32,000 nt of DNA from Saprospiraceae bacterium (GTDB taxonomy: Bacteria; Bacteroidota; Bacteroidia; Chitinophagales; Saprospiraceae), in NCBI GenBank assembly GCA_965247965.1, contig OZ252053.1:1393317-1425316 (forward strand). Reading direction: 5' to 3'. The notes beneath the pieces are model-generated. The model searched no databases and was not told the DNA's origin. It saw only the letters and a program-made list of their open reading frames with translations. Position 1 is the stretch's first letter, and each line of letters opens with the position of its first letter. The translations under genes were made by a program, and so were the position numbers. Below are positions 23,409-32,000 of this stretch, one piece after another.

Positions 23409-25265
23409 ATGTACATTAGACAAGTAAAAAAACAAAATGTCAAAAACGGTAAAATATTCTACCAGTACACACTTGCACAGACGGCCAGGGTAGATGGAAA
23501 AGTCAAACAAAGAAACATCCTTTACCTGGGAAGCGACCCGTTGTTGGATTCGAAGCAGAATAAGTCTGAGGTCTTACAAGTGCTCAAATCCAGAATATTT
23601 TCTCAACAAGATCTATTCCCCGTTGATATTGCGGATGAGTTGCTAAAGCTTGCTCTTAAATTCTACGAAAAATACCAATTAAAATACCCCGATAATCAAG
23701 GTGAAAAGGCAGCCTCACTTCCCCCACCAAAAGACAAAAGCGAAATTCACAGTGTTGATATTCATTCCATCGAAGTAGGAGATGTCAAATCTTTCGGTTC
23801 CGAACACCTTTGCAAGCAGATTCTGGAAAAACTTCAATTAACTAAGTGCCTTACCTCACTTAATTGGCGCAATAAGGATATTCAAAAAGCATTGATCAGC
23901 ATCTGCGCAAGAGCCATATACACAAGTTCAGAACATAAAACTTCACAGATTCTCACAGACAATTCAGAATTGATGGCCTGCTACAATTACACTCCCGGCT
24001 CGATCACCCATCGCGAACTATACCGTATTTCAGACCTGCTCTACAAACACAAAAACACTATCGATCAACACCTATATAGCCGCATCATCAATATGTTCAC
24101 ACTGGATGATAAACTGGTCATTTTTGACATTACCAATACCTATTTCGAAGGTCGAAAGGCGACAAACAAACTTCCAAAATTTGGAAAAAGCAAAGAGAAA
24201 AGGACAGATTGCAAACAAGTTGTATTCACCGGAGTGATCAATAAGGAGGGCTTCATCCGGCATTCAAGGATATATGAGGGTAACAGAGCTGACAGCACAA
24301 CCCTGGAAGAGATGCTCAAAGACCTTGAAAAATACAGCCCCGATCACACGAACAAAACAGTGGTCATAGATGCAGGTATAGCCACTGAGAAAAACCTGGA
24401 ATTGATCGCCGGTAAAGGTCTTCATTATGTATGCGTTTCCCGAAAACGACTCAAAGACCACCCGATCGATCAATCCAATGTGTTTACAAAAATATCGACA
24501 GATCGTAACAAACATGAAGTGCACATTACTCAATTCAAACCCGAAGGGTACAATGACACCTGGCTTTATGTGCACAGTTCATCCAAACAACTAAAAGAAG
24601 AATCGATGAAGGGTAAGCTCATGCAAAGATTTGAAGAAGACTTACAACAGGTTCAAAATGGAATAGCTAAAAAAGGAGGTACTAAAAAAATAGAAAAAGT
24701 GTGGGAACGCATCGGTCGGCTCAAGGAAAAACACAAGCATGTATCCTCCCGATACAAAATAGATGTGGAGCATGATGACAAAGTAGCTGTCAATGTCTCA
24801 TGGTCTGTCCAGCCACAAAAAGAAAAACAGGACAAAGACAAGGGAATTTACTTTTTGAGAACAAATTACGAGCAGATCGACGATAAGCAGCTTTGGCAAA
24901 TTTACAACACCATAAGAGAAGTGGAGTCCACATTCCGATGCCTCAAAACTGATCTCAACATCCGGCCCATTCACCATCAAAATGACGAAAGGATCGAAGC
25001 TCATATTTATCTCACACTTCTAGCCTATCAGGTCGTAAACACGATCCGATACATGCTCAACCAAAAAGGCATAAATTACGACTGGGCAAATATTGTCAGA
25101 ATAATGAGCACACATACCATCCAAACCGTCGAACTACGCACTGACACCAAATCCATACACCTGAGAAAACCTTCAAAGCCAATCCAAAAAGTACAAAACA
25201 TCTATTCTGCAACCAACTCAACAGATATTCAAAAGGCAATTAAAAAATATGTAGTGTACCATTGA
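23409..25265 (+). CDS. IS1634-family (IS4-like DDE) transposase (about 618 aa)
   Basis: The N-terminus MYIRQVKKQNVKNGKIFYQYTLAQTARVDGKVKQRNILYLGS is the characteristic IS1634-type start. YNTIREVESTFRCLKTDLNIRPIHHQ is a DDE C-terminal motif. Confidence 0.8.
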   Translation: MYIRQVKKQNVKNGKIFYQYTLAQTARVDGKVKQRNILYLGSDPLLDSKQNKSEVLQVLKSRIFSQQDLFPVDIADELLKLALKFYEKYQLKYPDNQGEKAASLPPPKDKSEIHSVDIHSIEVGDVKSFGSEHLCKQILEKLQLTKCLTSLNWRNKDIQKALISICARAIYTSSEHKTSQILTDNSELMACYNYTPGSITHRELYRISDLLYKHKNTIDQHLYSRIINMFTLDDKLVIFDITNTYFEGRKATNKLPKFGKSKEKRTDCKQVVFTGVINKEGFIRHSRIYEGNRADSTTLEEMLKDLEKYSPDHTNKTVVIDAGIATEKNLELIAGKGLHYVCVSRKRLKDHPIDQSNVFTKISTDRNKHEVHITQFKPEGYNDTWLYVHSSSKQLKEESMKGKLMQRFEEDLQQVQNGIAKKGGTKKIEKVWERIGRLKEKHKHVSSRYKIDVEHDDKVAVNVSWSVQPQKEKQDKDKGIYFLRTNYEQIDDKQLWQIYNTIREVESTFRCLKTDLNIRPIHHQNDERIEAHIYLTLLAYQVVNTIRYMLNQKGINYDWANIVRIMSTHTIQTVELRTDTKSIHLRKPSKPIQKVQNIYSATNSTDIQKAIKKYVVYH

Positions 25266-25431
25266 AATCGTAACCCACTGATAATCACCGACTTATTTTC
25301 TAAAAAGAGCAAGTTGGCATACTACTGGACATTGGGGTTAAAATAATACAATGTCTTGAAATAAAGTAGGTTATATATTATAATAAAGTGGAATATATCA
25401 TTATTGTTTGTAAAACAAACAATTAACAACA

Positions 25432-25786
25432 ATGACAATTCCACTCGTAAGCGAAATAAAACCATTTTTCTCAGGTTTTGAAGAACATGTAATAAAAAAT
25501 TTTCTCACAACAGCCCAAGGTATATTATCAGCCAGGACGACGAATTTGAACATTGTAAAGGATAAGCTCCCTGGAATACTCGAAAACCAACAAAACACCA
25601 AACCTGATTCGAATTATAAGAGGTTGATCCGTTTTTTCAATATGGATGATGCTGACAAGCAGGCATTGATTGAAGCTATATTATGTTTTAGTTTTTATTT
25701 GTTGAGACTCAAAGCGAAGAACATCAAATATTTGGCACTAGATGGTACGAGCTGGGAGAATGGCAACAAGAATATTCACTTATTAA
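25432..25786 (+). pseudogene. IS10-like transposase, N-terminal part (interrupted)
   Basis: ...KYLALDGTSWENGNKNIHLL| is then broken by the inner IS. The track ORF tail TDISQFENLVL is read from inner-IS sequence. Confidence 0.8.
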
Positions 25787-27047
25787 CTGACATTTCGCAG
25801 TTCGAAAATTTGGTATTGTAAAAAATTATTATATGTATAGCTTTGTGCTGGATCTAAAGATAGTTACTAATGATGAATCCGCACATTGCCGACTTGTACA
25901 GCGATTATTTGTTGACAAGTTTTAGTCACAGCACAGCTATAGGTATGTCTAAAATGTTAGACGGTGCTTATAGCCATGATCAGATCAGTAGATTTTTGGC
26001 TCAGCCTACTCTGGGCCAAAAAGATTATTGGAAATCTGTTAAACCTATAGTCAGGAAAGTAGAAAGTCCTGATGGTAGCATTTGTATTGATGATGTGATA
26101 ACTGAAAAACCACATTCTACTCAGAATGAGATAATAACGTATCACTTTGATCATACAAAGAACAGGAGCGTCAAAGGCATCAATATGATAAGTTTTCTAT
26201 ATCATAACCAATTGGGTGATGGCCAAACGGTAGAGTTGCCTTTAGCCTATGAAATTATCAGAAAGCCAATCAGGTTTACTGATCTAAAAACACGACAAGA
26301 GAAACGCAAAAGTGAGGTGAGTAAGAATGAGTTAGTAAGACAAAGGCTCAAAGTACTCACACAGCGTAATCATGTTCAGTACAAATATGCCTTATGGGAT
26401 AGTTGGTTTAGCTCAAATGACAATATGGAGTTTGTGCATTACGAGTTAAAAAAGCATTTTATCGGTGCAATTAAGACCAATCGTCTTGTTGCCCTGAGTA
26501 AGGAAGAAAAACTGCAAGGTAAGTTTACAAGAGTCGATGCACTAGACCTACAGCCAGACTGTGTAATGGAAGTTTGGATCAAAGGATTGGACTTTCCGGT
26601 TTCTTTGACCAAACAAGTCTTTACGAACAAAGATTACTCCACAGGCGTACTGTATCTGGTAAGCAACGATACAAAACTTACACATCAGCAGACTCATACA
26701 ATCTATGAAAGAAGATGGAAAGTTGAGGAATTCCACAAATCGATGAAACAGAATGCTTGTTTAGCCAAATCACCAACAAAGTATGAAGTGACGCAGTCCA
26801 ATCATATTTTTTGTGTGATGATAGCGTATACTAAACTCGAATTGCTCAAAATTAATCAAGCTAAAAACCACTTCGCCATAAAGGCAAGACTATACTTAAA
26901 AGCTGTCAAAGCAGCATATCAAGAACTTAACCGAATGAAAAAACAATTCAATTTGGTTAACCCTGCTCAACTGCAAGCTATTCCTCTTTTGGAATAACTA
27001 TAATATTATTTTTTAATTTTCCAAATATCTGCCCTGCGAAAGGTCAG
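25787..27047 (+). mobile_element. IS701/IS4-like element (1261 bp) nested in the IS10-like transposase gene
   Basis: It has imperfect 27-bp terminal inverted repeats: CTGACATTTCGCAGTTCGAAAATTTGG, and CCAAATATCTGCCCTGCGAAAGGTCAG at the other end. A 7-bp duplication TTATTAA lies at 25780-25786 and 27048-27054. Confidence 0.85.
25870..26997 (+). CDS. DDE transposase, IS701/IS4-like (375 aa)
   Basis: SICIDDVITEKP, YALWDSWFSS and YERRWKVEEFHKSMKQ are spaced like a DDE triad with a YxxRWxIE-type motif. Confidence 0.75.
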   Translation: MMNPHIADLYSDYLLTSFSHSTAIGMSKMLDGAYSHDQISRFLAQPTLGQKDYWKSVKPIVRKVESPDGSICIDDVITEKPHSTQNEIITYHFDHTKNRSVKGINMISFLYHNQLGDGQTVELPLAYEIIRKPIRFTDLKTRQEKRKSEVSKNELVRQRLKVLTQRNHVQYKYALWDSWFSSNDNMEFVHYELKKHFIGAIKTNRLVALSKEEKLQGKFTRVDALDLQPDCVMEVWIKGLDFPVSLTKQVFTNKDYSTGVLYLVSNDTKLTHQQTHTIYERRWKVEEFHKSMKQNACLAKSPTKYEVTQSNHIFCVMIAYTKLELLKINQAKNHFAIKARLYLKAVKAAYQELNRMKKQFNLVNPAQLQAIPLLE

Positions 27048-27902
27048 TTATTAACATTGAGTGTAGTGGTCAATGGAGTAAGTATTCCAATATGGTGGGA
27101 AGACTTAGACAAGAAGGGTATGAGTAATTTTAATGAAAGACGAAAGGTGATAGACAAAGCCTGTAAATTATATAATCTGAAAGGTTTGATACTACTAGCA
27201 GATCGGGAGTACATCGGAGAAAGATGGTTTAAATATCTGGTAGACAAGGGGTTAGAGTTTGTAATTAGGTTAAAAAAGGGAATTTATAAAGGGTATGTGG
27301 ACAACCAAAGGGGAAAGGATAAGACATTTTATAAACACCAACATCTTCGATACATTGGTATTGAACGTGAAGCATTGAAAAAACGGTATCAAATCTGTGG
27401 AGTGTCTAAACAAATTGAAATCCTTGGAAAAAAATTTTCTTTTGTGATTTTTAAAAACCCCAAAAGTTCAGCCAACGAACCTCTGTTTTATTTCATATCT
27501 ACATTGAAAGACAAAAGAAAAATAGTAAAGCTTTACCCTATTCGTTGGACTATTGAAACTTGCTTCAAACACTTAAAATCAAATGGTTTCAATTTAGAAG
27601 CTCTTAATTTTAAAGACTCTGGAAAAATAGAATTGACAATGGGTATTGTAGTATTTATCTATGCCTTATGTATTGAACAGGGTCTAACCCAACTCAAGCA
27701 CAAAAAGAAGAGTGATTGGAAGAAATATAAAAACGGATCGATCAACTTAGTCGTTTCCAAATTTAAAAAAGGACTATCCTTTTTAGAAATCAAATTCAAC
27801 AACCTTAGAAATTTCATATGCTTTCTTTCTCATTCCATTCGTTCTATCCCCAAACCCTCTTGGCTATTCTTTGAACCACAATTTATAGCTCATGTCCAGT
27901 AG
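27048..27902 (+). pseudogene. IS10-like transposase, C-terminal part
   Basis: Removing 25787-27054 joins ...NIHLL to TLSVVVNGVSIPIWWEDL... in frame, giving a 400-aa product. LADREYIGERW and YPIRWTIETCFKHLKSNGF are IS4-family motifs. The stop lies inside the right IR. Confidence 0.8.
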
Positions 27903-28227
27903 TATGGCAAGTTGGGTTAATATCTCCCTTGATAGAATACAATTTGCCATCTACACTGGAAATCGAATACCTTTTTCGGAAAAAGAACCTCCTGCGGCTC
28001 AACGTGGCTAAGAGTTTCCCTTCGTAAAATATTTCGTAGCGCAAACCGGGTCGGAAAAGCTTCTTTTCTATCTTTCCGATCTCAACTCGATAGCGGTCGT
28101 ACACTATGATTTTTCTACGAATCGAGCGTGGCTTGCGTTCCAATCTTAAGGCAACCTCTCCCAGGTCGGTCAGAACGATGGCAGTTTTATCTTTATTCCA
28201 CAGATTCTTATTGATGACGAAGGTCAT
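27883..28227 (-). pseudogene. YxjI / LURP-one-related (DUF567-like) gene, 3' end replaced by IS sequence
   Basis: IVLTDLGEVALRLERKP..RKIIVYDRYRVEIGKIEKKLF..GLRYEIFYEGKLLATLSRRRFFFRKRYSISSVDGKLYSIKGDI fits the repeated beta-hairpin pattern of this family. The last 11 codons (NPTCHTTGHEL) are read from IS ends beyond 27920. Confidence 0.45.
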
Positions 28228-28248
28228 AGGCAGGTAGAGAATGTATTC

Positions 28249-29055
28249 TCAGCTCAACTGCCTTAACGCCCTTCGCACAAAGACCTTCGCCAAATGACTG
28301 CGATACTCTGCTGATGCAAAATGATCACTCATCACATCGACACCGCCCACAGCATGTGCCGCTGCGCTATCGGTGCCGTCATAAGCGGCTTCTACGGCAG
28401 TAGCTCGATAGGGAGAATCGGCCACTCCGGTAACTCCTATGCGCACTCCTGATGAATCTTTCACTGCCGCACAACCGACTACCGCAAAACGCGAAGCGGA
28501 TTGAAAAAACTTCAGATAAACACCATTATTTGTTTTTGGAAAGCGGACTGCCGTTATGATCTCGTCTCCTTTAAGATCACTGGTGAAAATACCTTGAAAA
28601 AAATCACTTGCCGCAATCGACCTGGTTCCTGAGCCACCTTGCACTTCAATGATCGCCTCTGTGGCCAGAACGGTTGCCGGATAATCCGAAGCAGGGTCTG
28701 CATGCGCCAGGCTACCTCCTATAGTACCTCGGTTGCGCACCTGGGCATCACCGATGACTCCGGCAGTTTGACTCAAGATGTTGACGTGTTCGGTTACCAA
28801 TCCAGAACCAGCTATTTCGCTATGGGTACAATTCGCTCCTACTACGATTTCATTACCTTCTTCGCGGATCGAGTTCATTCCGGAAATTCCGCCAATATCG
28901 ATGAGTACACCCGGCCGGTTCAGCCTTAATTTTATAGCTGGTATCAGGCTTTGGCCGCCTGACAGTATCTTGGCATTGTGCCCGTGCTCACCAAGGAGCG
29001 TTATGGCTTCTTCGGTTGTATTGACTTTTTTATAATCAAATTGTGCAGGTATCAT
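28249..29055 (-). CDS. coxM: Molybdenum hydroxylase FAD-binding medium subunit (CoxM-like, 268 aa)
   Basis: FDYKKVNTTEEAITLLGEHGHNAKILSGGQSLIPAIKLRLNRPGVLIDI and RNRGTIGGSLAHADPASDYP are the FAD_binding_5 / CO dehydrogenase flavoprotein motifs. Confidence 0.85.
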   Translation of the reverse strand: MIPAQFDYKKVNTTEEAITLLGEHGHNAKILSGGQSLIPAIKLRLNRPGVLIDIGGISGMNSIREEGNEIVVGANCTHSEIAGSGLVTEHVNILSQTAGVIGDAQVRNRGTIGGSLAHADPASDYPATVLATEAIIEVQGGSGTRSIAASDFFQGIFTSDLKGDEIITAVRFPKTNNGVYLKFFQSASRFAVVGCAAVKDSSGVRIGVTGVADSPYRATAVEAAYDGTDSAAAHAVGGVDVMSDHFASAEYRSHLAKVFVRRALRQLS

Positions 29056-29088
29056 AATGTATTTCTTTCTTTTGAAATAATATTTGAA

Positions 29089-31452
29089 TCAGGAATTCAT
29101 GGCCCTCCAAACGCGTTCCGGCGTCAGCGGCATTTGAATGTCTTTAATTCCCGTATGCGAAATGGCATCCATAACCGCATTCGCTAGTGCCGGTGTCGCA
29201 CCAATTGTGCCAGCTTCTCCGGCGCCTTTCACACCTAGTGGGTTGTGCGGACATGGAGTCACGGTCCTGTCCGTCTCTATAAAAGGCACATCGTCGGCGC
29301 GTGGTATGGCATAGTCCATATACGAGCCGGTGATCATCTGACCGTCTTCGTTGTAGGATACTTCTTCGAGAAGAGCCTGACCGATTCCCTGCACGACGCC
29401 GCCGTGAATTTGACCATCGACGATCATCGGATTAATCACATTGCCCACGTCGTCGCAAGCCACAAAACGCTGAATGGCAACTTTACCGGTATCGGCATCT
29501 ACTTCCACGATACAAATATGCGCACCAAATGGAAAAGTGAAATTTGCAGGATCATAAAAACTCGAAAAGTCCAATCCCGGTTCCAGTCCTTCGGGATAAT
29601 CATGGGGCACGTAGGCAGTCAGCGATACATCTTCGAACGGTATTGATTTGTCAGTGCCTTTGACCGTGTATTTCCCATCTGAGTATTCGAGGTCGGCTTC
29701 TGAGGCTTCGAGTTTATGTGCTGCGATCTTAGCTCCTTTTTCTATGATCTTATCCAGGCTCTTTATAATCGCGCTACCTCCAACAGCAAGACTTCTCGAT
29801 CCAAATGTATTCATTCCAAAAGCCACTTGCTCGGTATCGCCGTGGTGGATTTCAACATCATCGATATCTATACCCAGTTTTTCAGCTACAAATTGGGCAA
29901 ACGCAGTTTCGTGGCCCTGTCCATGTGAATGGGAGCCCGTATATACACTTACCTTTCCGGTAGGCTGAACTCTCACATGGCCTACTTCGTATAGTCCTGC
30001 TCGCGCTCCCAGAGAACCGACGACGGCTGACGGCGCTATACCGCATCCTTCGATGTAAGTTGAAAATCCAATGCCCAATAGCCTTCCATTTGCACGTGCC
30101 TGGGTCTGTTCCTTTCTAAAGTCATCGTACCCTACCATTTCTAAAGCGCGCTTTAGAGTGGCGGGATAGTCTCCACTATCGTACTGTAGAGCAACTTGTG
30201 TCTGGTATCCGTCTTGCTGTATTCCATCGAAAGGCGGTATAAAATTTTTAAATCGAAGTTCGGCGGGGTCAATGTTCATTTCAAGAGCTGCGGTATCCAG
30301 GAGATGCTCAATAATATAAGTCATTTCAGGTCTCCCCGCCCCGCGATAGGCATCGACCGGGCATGTATTTGTAAATGCAGCCGTCACATCGATATTTATT
30401 AATGGAGTCTTGTAACATCCCTGGGCAAGTGTACCGTGCAGATACGTGGGAACACAGGTGGAAAATGTGGATAAATAAGCGCCCAAATTTGCCTCAGAAT
30501 GGACCCTAAGGGCAAGGATGTTACCTTCTTTATCAAAACCCATTTCTGCGGTGGTGCAATGGTCGCGGCCGTGGACATCAGTCAGAAAGGCTTCACTGCG
30601 ATCCGCAGTCCATTTTACAGGGCGACCTATTTGTTTGGCAGCCCAGGTCATAAGTGCCTCTTCTGTGTAATGACAGATCTTGCTGCCAAAACCACCACCT
30701 ACATCGTAACTCACCACCCTGACCTTGTGCTCAGGGATATTCAACGTAAAAGCGCACATTAGTAGCCTGAGCACATGTGGGATTTGTGTACTGGCGTATA
30801 AGGTCCATTTATCGCCGTTGACGTCATAATCGGCAATGTAGGATCTGGGTTCAATGGCATTTGGAGACAACCGTTGGTTGTTGAATTCCAGTTTAGTAAC
30901 GTGGTGGGCGCCTTCTAACGCCACATCTACTACTTCTTTCGGGTTTCCAATTTCCCAATCGAACACAGTATTAAGTGGTGCTTCCTCATGGATGAGCGGT
31001 GCAGCGGATTTAATAGCTTCTTTGGGATTGGTTACCGAAGGTAATTCTTCATAGTCCACATTGACCAATTCTGCCGCATCTCGAGCCTCCTGCAAGCTAT
31101 CTGCGATGACGACGGCAACATTCTCACCTACATAACGAACTTTTCCTGTTGCCAATAGCGGATGGGGAGGTTCTTTCATTGTGTCGCCATTTTTGAAATC
31201 TACCTGCCAGCCGCATGGCACGCTAAAAGTGCCGCATTCATCAGTACCTGCATAGACCGCAACCACGCCCCGAGCGCTAGCTGCTTCTGAGGTGTCAATA
31301 TTTGAAATATTGGCATGGGCATAGGGGCTGCGGACAAATGCAGCATGGGTCATACCGGGCAATTTGATGTCGTCCGTATATTTTCCCTTGCCTGTTAAGA
31401 AGCGGGCATCTTCTCTTCGTCGTATGGATTTACCGATATAGTTAGTTGCCAT
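29089..31452 (-). CDS. coxL: Molybdopterin-binding large subunit, aerobic CO dehydrogenase / xanthine dehydrogenase family, form-II CoxL-like (787 aa)
   Basis: The N-terminus KSIRRREDARFLTGKGKYTDD matches the family. The active-site loop VDAYRGAGRPE (AYRGAGR encoded at 30331-30351) is the form-II motif rather than the form-I AYxCSFR. Confidence 0.9.
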   Translation of the reverse strand: MATNYIGKSIRRREDARFLTGKGKYTDDIKLPGMTHAAFVRSPYAHANISNIDTSEAASARGVVAVYAGTDECGTFSVPCGWQVDFKNGDTMKEPPHPLLATGKVRYVGENVAVVIADSLQEARDAAELVNVDYEELPSVTNPKEAIKSAAPLIHEEAPLNTVFDWEIGNPKEVVDVALEGAHHVTKLEFNNQRLSPNAIEPRSYIADYDVNGDKWTLYASTQIPHVLRLLMCAFTLNIPEHKVRVVSYDVGGGFGSKICHYTEEALMTWAAKQIGRPVKWTADRSEAFLTDVHGRDHCTTAEMGFDKEGNILALRVHSEANLGAYLSTFSTCVPTYLHGTLAQGCYKTPLINIDVTAAFTNTCPVDAYRGAGRPEMTYIIEHLLDTAALEMNIDPAELRFKNFIPPFDGIQQDGYQTQVALQYDSGDYPATLKRALEMVGYDDFRKEQTQARANGRLLGIGFSTYIEGCGIAPSAVVGSLGARAGLYEVGHVRVQPTGKVSVYTGSHSHGQGHETAFAQFVAEKLGIDIDDVEIHHGDTEQVAFGMNTFGSRSLAVGGSAIIKSLDKIIEKGAKIAAHKLEASEADLEYSDGKYTVKGTDKSIPFEDVSLTAYVPHDYPEGLEPGLDFSSFYDPANFTFPFGAHICIVEVDADTGKVAIQRFVACDDVGNVINPMIVDGQIHGGVVQGIGQALLEEVSYNEDGQMITGSYMDYAIPRADDVPFIETDRTVTPCPHNPLGVKGAGEAGTIGATPALANAVMDAISHTGIKDIQMPLTPERVWRAMNS

Positions 31453-31458
31453 GATGAT

Positions 31459-31920
31459 TTATTTTAAAGTTTCAGCGGCATGCTGAATGGATTTGACAAT
31501 ATTGTGGTAGCCCGTGCAGCGGCAAAAATTACCTTCCAGTCCGTGCCTGATTTCCTGTTCGGTAGGATTTGCATTATTCTCCAGGATGTCGGCGGCCATC
31601 ATCACCATTCCGGGCGTACAAAAGCCACATTGCAATCCATGATGCTCTTTGAAAGCAGCTTGGATGGGATGCAATTCTCCGTTTTTGCTCATACCTTCTA
31701 TAGTGGTTATGGAGGCTCCATCCGCTTGTACTGCCAATACAGTGCACGACTTTACCGCTCTTCCGCCCAGGGTAACCGTGCAAGCTCCGCAACTGCTGGT
31801 GTCACAGCCGATGTGGGTACCGGTTAATGACAATTTTTCCCTGAGGAATGATGCCAATGTCATCATAGGTGGAACATTGCGGGAATAAGTTAATCCGTTA
31901 ACCTGAATAGTGATTTCCAT
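31459..31920 (-). CDS. coxS: [2Fe-2S]-binding small subunit (CoxS-like, 153 aa)
   Basis: The Cys motifs are CDTSSCGACTV, CGFCTPG and CRCTGY. Confidence 0.9.
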   Translation of the reverse strand: MEITIQVNGLTYSRNVPPMMTLASFLREKLSLTGTHIGCDTSSCGACTVTLGGRAVKSCTVLAVQADGASITTIEGMSKNGELHPIQAAFKEHHGLQCGFCTPGMVMMAADILENNANPTEQEIRHGLEGNFCRCTGYHNIVKSIQHAAETLK

Positions 31921-32000
31921 AGTGATAATATTTTTGTAAGAATAAGTTCAATGAAAGTCGGTGCTTGTTGGTTTTGTCCTGATTTGTGGCTAGCCGATGA

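Larger units (their letters stand above)
25318..27906 (+). mobile_element. IS10-like (IS4 family) element, 1321 bp without its insert, inserted into the IS1634-like right end
   Basis: It has 15-bp perfect terminal inverted repeats, CATACTACTGGACAT (25318-25332) and ATGTCCAGTAGTATG (27892-27906). A 9-bp direct duplication GCAAGTTGG lies at 25309-25317 and 27907-27915. Confidence 0.85.
23246..27920 (+). mobile_element. IS1634-family element (own sequence 23246-25317 plus 27916-27920) whose right inverted repeat is split by two further nested IS
   Basis: IRL is TTAACCCAACTTGTCCTTTTTGA (from 23246). The reconstructed IRR is CTAAAAAGAGCAAGTTGG|GTTAA, whose reverse complement is TTAACCCAACTTGCTCTTTTTAG. 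No flanking direct duplication is visible. Confidence 0.75.

Noticed and set aside
25334-25341. GGGGTTAA just inside the IS10-like element, as an alternative right end of the IS1634-like element.
   Set aside because: The 9-bp duplication GCAAGTTGG and the continuation GTTAA at 27916-27920 give a far better match to the left inverted repeat. The internal GGGGTTAA is probably coincidental.

Overview
The window looks like a Bacteroidota chromosome segment. That call is an inference from about 40% GC, a TAnnTTTG-type -7 box, no Shine-Dalgarno signals and T9SS-style adhesin repeats. It has three blocks. (1) 1-12189, all minus strand, is a tightly packed phage-derived tail module. It holds a TP901-type tape measure protein (6016-9402, GTG start), then 377-aa and 1104-aa structural proteins and several small ORFs. 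A signal-peptide, Cys-rich adhesin-like protein runs off the left edge. No capsid, portal, terminase or integrase gene lies upstream. The module ends at about 12190 in tandem MITE-like repeats and a cluster of palindromes. Three features of this module are not explained by the ORF track. A TAATCC-N10-TAATCC motif sits 2-5 nt before four start codons. A T9 run marks a switch of the coding signal into the -1 frame (310-aa ORF becomes about 353 aa). A 54-aa zinc-ribbon-like ORF is unlisted. (2) 12868-23242 holds ordinary and accessory chromosomal genes: a winged-helix regulator with a membrane partner, a TonB-like protein, and a GIY-YIG nuclease cassette flanked by short repeat families. That cassette is fused in frame to a SnoaL-like gene, which is split by an IS1182-like element. 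The block also carries a secreted protein plus beta-barrel pair, a cupin broken at a G8 tract, a Tat-signal ankyrin protein, a GNAT and a VOC/glyoxalase. (3) 23246-27920 is a three-level nested IS pile: an IS701/IS4-like element inside an IS10-like element inside the right end of an IS1634-like element, with clean target duplications at both nested junctions. It is followed by a truncated YxjI/LURP-one-like gene and a coxS-coxL-coxM type molybdenum hydroxylase operon with the form-II AYRGAGR active-site motif. My best candidate for something new is the head-less tail module with its repeated pre-start motif and frame switch; it may be a tailocin-like system or just a prophage remnant. All functional calls rest on reading the translations by eye; no searches were run.
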